This document shows positions 14,263 through 21,586 of a stretch of DNA of 24,000 bases, piece by piece. The stretch comes from Sulfurihydrogenibium sp. YO3AOP1 (GTDB lineage: Bacteria; Aquificota; Aquificia; Aquificales; Hydrogenothermaceae), in assembly GCF_000020325.1 (NCBI RefSeq), contig NC_010730.1, positions 1,712,175 to 1,736,174 on the forward strand, read 5' to 3'. A model generated the notes under the pieces. The model had not been told where the DNA came from. It ran no database searches and worked only from the letters and a program-made list of their open reading frames with translations. The stretch's first letter is position 1, and each line of letters opens with the position of its first letter. The position numbers and the translations under genes are program-made.

Positions 14263-17200
14263 ATTTTCTATAATCTTTATTTCTTCTTCTGTTAGGCTGT
14301 AAAGCTGATATACAAGCTGGTCTATCTCATGCTCAAGATTTTTTACATGCTGTTGTTTTTCTTGGTTTGTGTCATAATCTTCAGATTGGGTAAGGGTTAG
14401 GATTTGGTCTACTTTTTGGACTATTTGGTCTGCTATGGGTTGGTTTTCTTTTGTGATTGGGGGAAGAGGAAATCTTCCTATGAATTCCCCTTTAATTTCG
14501 CCTTCTATTCCTCCTCCCATATAGAATTTGTAAAAAGCAAATTCAAAAAATTCGGAATTGAAAATACCCAAGAGATACTTACGAATATCGGAGGTATCTT
14601 CATTTGTTGTTATAAAGTGAGTTGTTGCTTCACAATAATATCCCGAAGGAACTATTGCAAACTTAGGAGATTTAGTTATTCTCTTCCACACTATCTTTTC
14701 TTTTTCAAATTCTGGGTAGTAATCGCAAGGTCTTAACTCCCACCAGTAATCACCTTGATCGTCTCGTTTAAAAAGCCCCTTACCTTTGTTTTTTACGTTA
14801 GAAAAGCTCATAAAATGATTGTATAAAGATGAAAAACTCTCTTTAAAAAACTCCTCTGGATTTTTTCTTCCTCTATGCTTGTTAGTCCAACCAGCAGGTA
14901 TAACTATAATCCACAATCCAGCCCATTTATACCTGTATTTCTCAATATCTCTACCTCTTAAAACTGGCTTAATAATTTCCTCTGTTCTCTTTCTCTCTTC
15001 TTCATCCCTACAACTTGCCAAAATCCTGTTTCGTGTTTCCGTATCTATGATAAAAGCATCGTTGTAGCCTGTTTTAATCCCAAAATAAATCTTTACGTCC
15101 CACTCTTTTAGAGGTTTTCCTACTTTTCCAATTTTTTCTTTTAAACTCAAAACACTTTCATCTCCAAGCGTCCAAGCATTATTAGAAAGCTTACTTTGAT
15201 ACATCGTTTGCCATGTTCTAAGCTCTTGCCATGTATCTACCTGAGACCAACTATCTAAATACTCAACTCCTTTCCCAGTAGCTTGCTCAATCAACTTTGA
15301 TTTGCCTTGTCTCAAATACTCATCAATATCTTCAATATCACCTTTAACCTCTAAAAACCTAAAAATATGCTCCTTGCTTGTCTTTTCCTTTCTAAAAATC
15401 AAAATATTAGTATCTACCGTTTGCTCAAAAACTTTATAACCACTAAAATCTATAATCTCTAAAATAGCTGTCTTTTCTTTTAAAAACTTTCTTAACTTCT
15501 CTCCATACTTAGCTCTCATCCATTTGTTGCTTGTTATGTATGCTAAAATTCCTTGCTCTTTTAACAAATGATAGCCTTTTTCATAGAAATAAACATAAAG
15601 GTCTGCTGTTGATGTAAAGACTTCGTAGTTTTGTTTTTGTAAAATTGGCTTAATTGGTTTTATCTTTTCCTGTCTTACATACGGCGGATTACCAATCACA
15701 ATATCAAAGCTATCAACTACTCCAAACATCCACTCTGGGTCAAACCAATCAGCAGATGCATTTTGGTCAAAAATATCAAAATTAGCTATCTTTTCAGCTA
15801 CTTTATCATTCCAACCATCGCCAATCAAAGCATTCTTTAACTTCTCTCTCAGCTCTTTATCTTTATTCTGTAATTGAATCTTTTCAGCCCTTGACTTAAT
15901 TCTAAAATATCTATGTCTTAAAAACTTCAGCTCTTGCTCTAACTTTTCAATCTCCGGATTTCTTAAAGATTTTTGAGCAGGTTTTTCCAGTCCAATCAAA
16001 GCATTTGCAGAAATAAACTTGGTCTCAAGATTTGGCAAGGTTAAAATTCCAAAGTTTGGTTTACTTCTATCTACTTTCTGGTCTAATATCAAAGATATAA
16101 AAAATCTTAGCTTGCTAATCTGTATAGCTATTGGCTGTATATCTACTCCATATATACAGTTTTCTATCAAATAAAGCTTTCTTGCATAGTCTGGATAGTT
16201 TATGCTTTCGTCAAAGTTTTCATTGATTTCTTCTAACAGCTTTTCTCTTTCTTGCTTATCTTTTTCTGATCTAAATACCGCATCTGCTTCCTTGGATGTT
16301 CTCTCTAATTGAATATCTTTCCAAATTTCATTAGACGGGTCAAGCTTTTGAAGTAAAAATACAAGCTTATGAAGAATGCCCATCGGAAAGGCACCGGAGC
16401 CACAGGCAGGGTCTATTATCTTTATCTGGTCTATTGCTTGAATTAGTTTTTTTCTTAAATCATCTGAAATGTTTGGTTCTTTATCAGAATAAGAGAATAG
16501 GTCATCAAAAATATTTTCTGCTTCTGGCACTTTTGTTTTTAGATACTCTCTTAAGCTCTCTTCTACCATGTAATCTACTATCTCTCTTGGCGTGTAGTAG
16601 CTGCCTGTTGCCTTTCTTGCTGTTGTATTAGTTTCTGGATTATAGCTTGCAAGAAGATTTTCAAATACTTTTCCAAGCAGCTCTGGGTCAAGGGCTATCT
16701 CTTGGTCTATCGGCGTTGCTTCATCTGTTGTAAAGTTATAGCTTTTTAAGATATCAATAAGTCCTCTAACCTTTGCATTTTTGCCTAAACCATACTTGGA
16801 TAAATCAACTGTTTTTTCTTCTTGGCTAAAAAACAATTCATCACTGATTTTAGCCTGCTTCTTTTCATTTCTTGAAAATCCGTCTATATAAATTTTGTCT
16901 TTATCCAAACAGTCAAAAAGTCCACCATTTATAAATGGAATATTTTTAAACAGCTCTGAAATTACTTCTTCTTTACTTATCAAAAACTTATTTTCATACC
17001 TGTATAAGCTTTTTACTCCAAAATCTTTTTTGTTTGCAGGAAAGCCTTTATCTTCTGCCCAACCTCTTTCTTTAATAGGTCTATTCAAAGTTGCAAAAAA
17101 TAGATTCTGCAAAATTGCATTGTAATAGTTATCACCTTTGCCAAAGTCTTTGACTATGTTTTTTAGCTCTTTTTCATCAAATAACTTATTTGGCACTAAA

Positions 17201-17877
17201 CCTTTTTCTTTTAAAAACCATATAAACATTAATCTTGTTAAAAGTCTGATTAAGCTTTGGGCGTTTCTGATTTCTCTGTCTTTTTCCGGGTCATCAGAGT
17301 ATTTATAATCATCAGGAAATTTAACTTTATCTAGTGCATAGTAATACCAGTTTTGAAGATCATTGTAAAAATCTCTTGTGATAGGTTGGGCGCTGAAAGC
17401 TTGCTTTATAGAGTCTAAATCTGTAAAATCACAATCTTTAAGCTGATTTATAAACGTTTTGTTTGGTAAATTTGGACTTACGTAAAATGTAAATCTTTTG
17501 TAGTGGCTATACTTTGCCTTTGTGCCATGGGTAGTCTTAAACACAAAAGAAAGTCTAAAGTTTTTATTATCATCATAAAATACAAATAGTCCATAAAACT
17601 TTTGATATCTTTCTAAAAGTCTTTTAGCAATATCAAACTGATTTTTCTTACTTGTCCTTTCTGTAAGGTTGTTAATCTTAATAGCAAAAACTACTAAATC
17701 TGCATCTTGCTTTAATCTAATGTATCCAATTTCTTTTATGTCTAATATGTTATATTTTTCTTCAATATCTTGAGTGTAATGAGCTGGGCTTATATCAACA
17801 GTAAATCCTTTGTCTAATAAGTATCTTTCTAAATTTTCAAGTGAAAAATCCTTTGCAAGGTCTGAAAGCTTATCCAT
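14248..17877 (-). CDS. Large Eco57I/PglX-like gamma-class N6-adenine DNA methyltransferase with a TaqI-C-type target-recognition domain; no recognisable nuclease motif
   Basis: 1209 aa. SAM-binding motif I is IIDPACGSGAFPMG (D489-F497, 16388-16413) and catalytic motif IV is VIGNPPYVRQE (N730-Y733, codons 15679-15690). Family-typical strings include IRLLTRLMFIWFLKEKGL, IPFINGGLF, DPELLGKVFENLL, GSYYTPREIVDYMV and LPNLETKFISANALIG. The C-terminal TRD-like region reads AFIIDTETRNRIL...IKPVLRGRDIEKYRY. The last four codons and the stop (AYFR*) are supplied by MITE copy c. Confidence 0.9.
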   Translation of the reverse strand: MDKLSDLAKDFSLENLERYLLDKGFTVDISPAHYTQDIEEKYNILDIKEIGYIRLKQDADLVVFAIKINNLTERTSKKNQFDIAKRLLERYQKFYGLFVFYDDNKNFRLSFVFKTTHGTKAKYSHYKRFTFYVSPNLPNKTFINQLKDCDFTDLDSIKQAFSAQPITRDFYNDLQNWYYYALDKVKFPDDYKYSDDPEKDREIRNAQSLIRLLTRLMFIWFLKEKGLVPNKLFDEKELKNIVKDFGKGDNYYNAILQNLFFATLNRPIKERGWAEDKGFPANKKDFGVKSLYRYENKFLISKEEVISELFKNIPFINGGLFDCLDKDKIYIDGFSRNEKKQAKISDELFFSQEEKTVDLSKYGLGKNAKVRGLIDILKSYNFTTDEATPIDQEIALDPELLGKVFENLLASYNPETNTTARKATGSYYTPREIVDYMVEESLREYLKTKVPEAENIFDDLFSYSDKEPNISDDLRKKLIQAIDQIKIIDPACGSGAFPMGILHKLVFLLQKLDPSNEIWKDIQLERTSKEADAVFRSEKDKQEREKLLEEINENFDESINYPDYARKLYLIENCIYGVDIQPIAIQISKLRFFISLILDQKVDRSKPNFGILTLPNLETKFISANALIGLEKPAQKSLRNPEIEKLEQELKFLRHRYFRIKSRAEKIQLQNKDKELREKLKNALIGDGWNDKVAEKIANFDIFDQNASADWFDPEWMFGVVDSFDIVIGNPPYVRQEKIKPIKPILQKQNYEVFTSTADLYVYFYEKGYHLLKEQGILAYITSNKWMRAKYGEKLRKFLKEKTAILEIIDFSGYKVFEQTVDTNILIFRKEKTSKEHIFRFLEVKGDIEDIDEYLRQGKSKLIEQATGKGVEYLDSWSQVDTWQELRTWQTMYQSKLSNNAWTLGDESVLSLKEKIGKVGKPLKEWDVKIYFGIKTGYNDAFIIDTETRNRILASCRDEEERKRTEEIIKPVLRGRDIEKYRYKWAGLWIIVIPAGWTNKHRGRKNPEEFFKESFSSLYNHFMSFSNVKNKGKGLFKRDDQGDYWWELRPCDYYPEFEKEKIVWKRITKSPKFAIVPSGYYCEATTHFITTNEDTSDIRKYLLGIFNSEFFEFAFYKFYMGGGIEGEIKGEFIGRFPLPPITKENQPIADQIVQKVDQILTLTQSEDYDTNQEKQQHVKNLEHEIDQLVYQLYSLTEEEIKIIENAYFR
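14263..14280. repeat. Right copy of the perfect 18-bp direct repeat flanking MITE copy c (lies inside the methyltransferase CDS)
   Basis: attttctataatctttat on the plus strand is the reverse complement of ATAAAGATTATAGAAAAT, which encodes IKIIEN near the C-terminus of the 1209-aa protein. Confidence 0.9.
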
Positions 17878-17930
17878 CGGCTGACTTTCTCAATTTTTTA
17901 ATTCAATGCAGGATATTATAGCATTTAAAT

Positions 17931-18067
17931 ATACGTTTGGTGAGAAAATCAATAAAAAACAAGAGATTCTTCGCTTCGCTCAGAATGACACCATTAGGTC
18001 GTTCTTTGTCATCCTGAGGCCGAAGGATCTCATCTGGTGGCATTCTACAAATCGGCGAAAAATCTCC
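17931..18067. repeat. Foldback repeat, copy d (forward; left terminal repeat plus three modules, degenerate right end), between the helicase and methyltransferase genes
   Basis: Left terminal repeat atacgtttggtgagaaaatc is at 17931-17950. The modules are gagattcttcgcttcgctcagaatgac (17963-17989), gtcatcctgaggccgaaggatctc (18008-18031) and cattctacaaatcggcgaaaaatctcc (18041-18067). It fills most of the 202-bp gap between the two large genes. Confidence 0.7.
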
Positions 18068-18079
18068 ACCTTTCACCTT

Positions 18080-21000
18080 CTACATCTCATCTGTAAACTT
18101 CTGATTTTCTACTGCCATAATAACTTCTTGATTTTCTAAATCTAACAATTTTAACTGACTTTCTACTCTCTCTATAAAATCTTCTCCAATCTCTTTTTTA
18201 ATCTCTTCTAACTCTTTTTTTACTTTTTCTATGTTATCAAGATGCTTTTCAATCTTGATTATTCTTTGCAAGATATACTCTGAAAGGCTTGAATACTCCT
18301 CAATATCTTTAATTAAAGCTAAAACAAAGGACCTTAACTCTCCAATGTCTCTATTTTTCAAATCGTTTAATAGGTTAAAAGCTTTTTCTTCTGTGGCTCT
18401 TGGTTTAGGTTTTCTTTTTATGTATGCTTTTTTATCAAAAACCATTTTGTAATTAGTCCAAAAATCCTTTGATATCTTTAATCTTTCTGTCTCCGGAGTA
18501 GCTTTTATCTTCTCATAAACTTCTTCAAAGCTTACTGTTTTTGGTTGTCTTTCTGCATAATCTTTATAGCCTACAAATAAGTCTTTGCCTTTTCTTATAA
18601 AGACCATAAGCTCGTTTTTGTCAGACTGCTTAGCGGTTTTTACTCTATGAGGCATGTTTTGTATTTCTTTTATAACCTCCGGATAGCTTTCTTCTATCTG
18701 ACTAAGCTCATCTCTAACTTTTGTAAAGAAGCTTTCTTCTTCATCTTCTCTGTATTCGTTTAATCTCTTGTAGAGTTTTGATGCTTCTGGCTCTTCTGAT
18801 GGGTCAAAGATTTTAGCATCTTCTCCAAGTATGCTATGAATCATAAACATCTTTGTTTGGGCTATCTGTCTTGACCTTACTATATCGGCTCCTTGTTCTG
18901 TTGGGAAGAAGTTTACTATGTATATCTCATCATATACTTTTTTGCCTATCCTGTTTATTCTTCCAACTCTTTGTATAACTCTAACAGGATTCCACGGTAT
19001 ATCGTAGTTTATAACCGCTCCTGCTCTGTTTAGGTTGTATCCTTCAGAAAGTTTATCCGTCGTAAGCAGGATTTTATATTTATCTTCTTGATGTTTATAC
19101 TGTGCATCAAAATTTTTTGCTATCTCTTCAAAGGTTGTTTTTCCTATGCTTCCATAGGCTACTAAGACTTTATTTTTAAAATGTTTTTTAAGTATTTCAT
19201 CTAAATGTTTTGCAGTATCTGTATATTCTGTAAATATGACAACTTTTCTACCTTCTTTTAAAAACTTTTCAACACCTTCTACAAGCTCATCTACCTTTGG
19301 GTCGTTTTGCGTAAGTTTTAATTCTTCCATCTTCTGTAAAAACTCATCAAACAGCTTTATGTCGTTTTGTATGTCTTTTATAAATTTGTCTTTTTGTTTA
19401 AACTTACTTAAGTCGTAAACTTTGTAATATTCAGCGTTTGTCTTTTGCTCTTTTAAATTTTGCTCATATTTTTCAAGCTCTTTTAAAATCTCATCCGGGT
19501 CTTTTTCTGTTAAATCTTCCATTAGTTTTCTATCAAGGATAAACTTATTTGTTTTTTCAATAAAATCTAAAGCTGTTTCATGAATGCTTTTAAATCTTTT
19601 TATACTTTCATAGAATGAGCCAAAGCTACTTTCAAATCTTTTAACTAAAAGCCTTCTCATAAAGTCATAAAGGTTTCTTTGATATGTAAGTAGAAAGCTT
19701 TCTTCTTCTTTTAACTTTGGCTCATCGTCATCTTTAATGCCTTTTTCATATTTAATTGGAATATAGATTGCACCTTTGAACCTTCCTCCCAGCTCTTCCT
19801 CTTTAAAAGCTGATATTACTTCATCATAAAATTCTGACTGCTCTTTTGTAAGCTTATAGAACCACTCTATTGGGTCTTTAACTTCTGGCAGGTCAATCTT
19901 TTCTTTGTAATGCTTTAAATCAAGCCTATTTCTCCTTATTACTACCGGTTCAAGTATTGACCTTATATGTCTTGCTAATTCCTTAGTCTCTGTTTTTACT
20001 TTGTCTATTTCTACCACTACATTATTTTTACCAAAAATTTCTTTATAGTAGTTTAAAGCTCTTTCTCTTTTTTTCTTGTTTGGAGAGCCATGATGGTTTT
20101 TTATGTAAGAAAGTTTATTAAAAAGGTTTTCGTACTCTTCAAATTTAGATTTAAGGTCTTCGTCAAATACAATGGTTGATTTTTTTGGTATGGTAAAGAG
20201 TTTTAAAAGTGCGAAAATGTCAGAAGGTCTGTTGTTAAAAGGTGTTGCTGTTAGAAGTAGTACTGTTTTCCCTCTGCATATCTCTTTAAGATAATGATAG
20301 CTAAGAGTATTTTCATTCCTAAATCTGTGTGCTTCGTCAACTATTACAACTTCTATGCTATCATGCTCTCTGACAAACTCTAAGGCTTTATCTAACTTTC
20401 CAACGGAGAAAGTTTCCCAGCCATACAGCTCAAAATCTTCTAAATACTTTTTCCATCCTGTAGATTTGTCATCAGGTCCAATAAGATGAGGTGGTGCTAT
20501 GGCTATACCTCTTTTTCCTAATGCCTTTGCTACCATGCATGCAACAACGGTTTTTCCAAGACCTACAACATCGGCTAAAATCGTTCCACCGTGAGATTTA
20601 CAGTTTGCAATAGCCTGAGAAACAGCTTCTATCTGATAAGAGTATGTTTTATAACCTCTTTTCGTCATAAGGTCTATAAGGTCTTTATTTATGTCTTTTG
20701 TCTTATGAGTATCAATGTATGTTTTTAGTAGATAAACATAAGCTGAAAATGGGTCTACATCTTTTAACCCAGTCTCATTTCTAATAGTATTAATTAACTT
20801 TTTCACATCATCTTCTGACAATGCTATTGAATCTTTCCATAAATCATCAAAATACTTTTCTGCTTCTTCAAATCCATAGTCTTTTATCTCAACGTTAAAC
20901 TCATTTTGGATTACAAGTCCTGCTCTTGTTAGGTTGCTGCTACCTGTTATAAAAAGATGTGGTGCTGATATTTCTTTTGTTTTAAATAGATAAAGCTTTG

Positions 21001-21409
21001 AATGATTCGGCTCCCTAGTCTTTCTTATGACTATTATTTTTTCTTCTAAAAGTTTTACAAAAAAATTAACTTGCTCGTGTATATCTTCATTATCTAGCTC
21101 TTGGCTTGTAAAAGCTATCTTTACAGAGTTTATTAAAGCTTGAAAATACTCGTCTTTACTTTTAAGCTTTGTTGCTACTTCATAGAGTCCATAGTTGTCT
21201 TTGTCTACACTTAATCCAACTAAGATTTTTATATGCTCCTGTGAAAGCTTGCCTTCGTCGTAGAGATTTTTTAAAGTTTCATAGAATTCTTTTATTCCTG
21301 AGAAATAAAAGAACCCAACGAGAAATTTTAGCTCTCTGCTGATTTCTATAAGTTCCTGCAGTCTTCTTTTAAGGTCTTTGTTTCCATGATTGGTTATAAA
21401 TGTGCTCAA
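18080..21409 (-). CDS. PLD/HKD-family nuclease domain fused to an SNF2-family SF2 helicase/translocase
   Basis: 1109 aa. The N-terminal PLD-like region contains REPNHSKLYLFKTKEISAPHLFITGSSNLTRAGL (H136, K138, GSSN 156-159; H codon at 21002-21004). The SNF2 motifs are ILADVVGLGKT (20549-20563), VIVDEAHRFRN (DEAH at 20327-20338), LLLTATPFNNRPSDIF, LTTDKLSEGYNLNRAGAVINYDIPWNPVRVIQRVGRINRIG. A C-terminal extension of about 280 aa is uncharacterised. The start is a TTG at 21409-21407 with AGAGG 9 nt upstream. Confidence 0.9.
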   Translation of the reverse strand: MSTFITNHGNKDLKRRLQELIEISRELKFLVGFFYFSGIKEFYETLKNLYDEGKLSQEHIKILVGLSVDKDNYGLYEVATKLKSKDEYFQALINSVKIAFTSQELDNEDIHEQVNFFVKLLEEKIIVIRKTREPNHSKLYLFKTKEISAPHLFITGSSNLTRAGLVIQNEFNVEIKDYGFEEAEKYFDDLWKDSIALSEDDVKKLINTIRNETGLKDVDPFSAYVYLLKTYIDTHKTKDINKDLIDLMTKRGYKTYSYQIEAVSQAIANCKSHGGTILADVVGLGKTVVACMVAKALGKRGIAIAPPHLIGPDDKSTGWKKYLEDFELYGWETFSVGKLDKALEFVREHDSIEVVIVDEAHRFRNENTLSYHYLKEICRGKTVLLLTATPFNNRPSDIFALLKLFTIPKKSTIVFDEDLKSKFEEYENLFNKLSYIKNHHGSPNKKKRERALNYYKEIFGKNNVVVEIDKVKTETKELARHIRSILEPVVIRRNRLDLKHYKEKIDLPEVKDPIEWFYKLTKEQSEFYDEVISAFKEEELGGRFKGAIYIPIKYEKGIKDDDEPKLKEEESFLLTYQRNLYDFMRRLLVKRFESSFGSFYESIKRFKSIHETALDFIEKTNKFILDRKLMEDLTEKDPDEILKELEKYEQNLKEQKTNAEYYKVYDLSKFKQKDKFIKDIQNDIKLFDEFLQKMEELKLTQNDPKVDELVEGVEKFLKEGRKVVIFTEYTDTAKHLDEILKKHFKNKVLVAYGSIGKTTFEEIAKNFDAQYKHQEDKYKILLTTDKLSEGYNLNRAGAVINYDIPWNPVRVIQRVGRINRIGKKVYDEIYIVNFFPTEQGADIVRSRQIAQTKMFMIHSILGEDAKIFDPSEEPEASKLYKRLNEYREDEEESFFTKVRDELSQIEESYPEVIKEIQNMPHRVKTAKQSDKNELMVFIRKGKDLFVGYKDYAERQPKTVSFEEVYEKIKATPETERLKISKDFWTNYKMVFDKKAYIKRKPKPRATEEKAFNLLNDLKNRDIGELRSFVLALIKDIEEYSSLSEYILQRIIKIEKHLDNIEKVKKELEEIKKEIGEDFIERVESQLKLLDLENQEVIMAVENQKFTDEM

Positions 21410-21549
21410 GGCTGGAAACCTCTTTATTATTTTCTAATTAATTTTTGTTGCTGCTAAGACTTGGTTATAATCACTAAATAATTGCTCGGTTTAATGTTTA
21501 TTTTAATGTATTGTCAAACACTTATTATAATACAAAGAACTCTACTTTT

Positions 21550-21577
21550 GTAAGGGCAATTCATGAATTGTTCCTAC
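21550..21577. repeat. Second copy of the 28-nt palindromic repeat type
   Basis: gtaagggcaattcatgaattgttcctac has a left arm and centre (GGGCAATTCATGAATTG) that are palindromic, and a degenerate right arm. It is related to 10965-10992. Confidence 0.55.
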
Positions 21578-21586
21578 TCTTACCTT

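Noticed and set aside
13989-14264. 91-aa minus-strand ORF from the track (MHTLGEKLGIF...RRIKIIENS)
   Set aside because: It lies entirely within foldback repeat copy c. Its only meaningful part is the last residues, IKIIENS, which are the orphaned original tail of the methyltransferase gene left behind by the insertion. There is no RBS, and the peptide is repeat-derived.
17560-17745. PD-(D/E)xK nuclease motif in the methyltransferase N-terminus (for example D60...AIK67 or D103-N-K105)
   Set aside because: The acid of the (D/E)xK element is missing in one candidate, and the other lies outside a strand-like context. A nuclease call cannot be supported by eye and is left as an open question in the findings.
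17906-18139. 77-aa plus-strand ORF (…EILRFAQNDTIRSFFVILRPKDL…)
   Set aside because: It is a translation of repeat copy d. FAQND and ILRPKD-type peptides are what these repeat modules encode in any genome. It also overlaps the helicase 3' end on the opposite strand.
19892-19912. A second HKD-like motif in the helicase (H500-Y-K502-E-K-I-D506)
   Set aside because: The spacing to the Asp is wrong (x3 rather than x4), and there is no downstream GSxN signature. It lies in the helical insertion of the SNF2 domain and is probably coincidental.
14248-21409. Compositional (GC or codon) anomaly of the helicase-methyltransferase island as evidence of horizontal transfer
   Set aside because: By eye the island is as AT-rich as its surroundings, and I cannot compute GC skew or codon statistics reliably here. 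No claim is made. A sliding-window GC and codon-adaptation calculation against the whole genome would settle it.
21489-21517. Sigma-70 promoter for the helicase gene (a perfect TTGACA on the minus strand at 21517-21512)
   Set aside because: The -10 at 17-nt spacing is only TTAAAC (3/6). It is plausible but too weak to list as a feature without transcript mapping.
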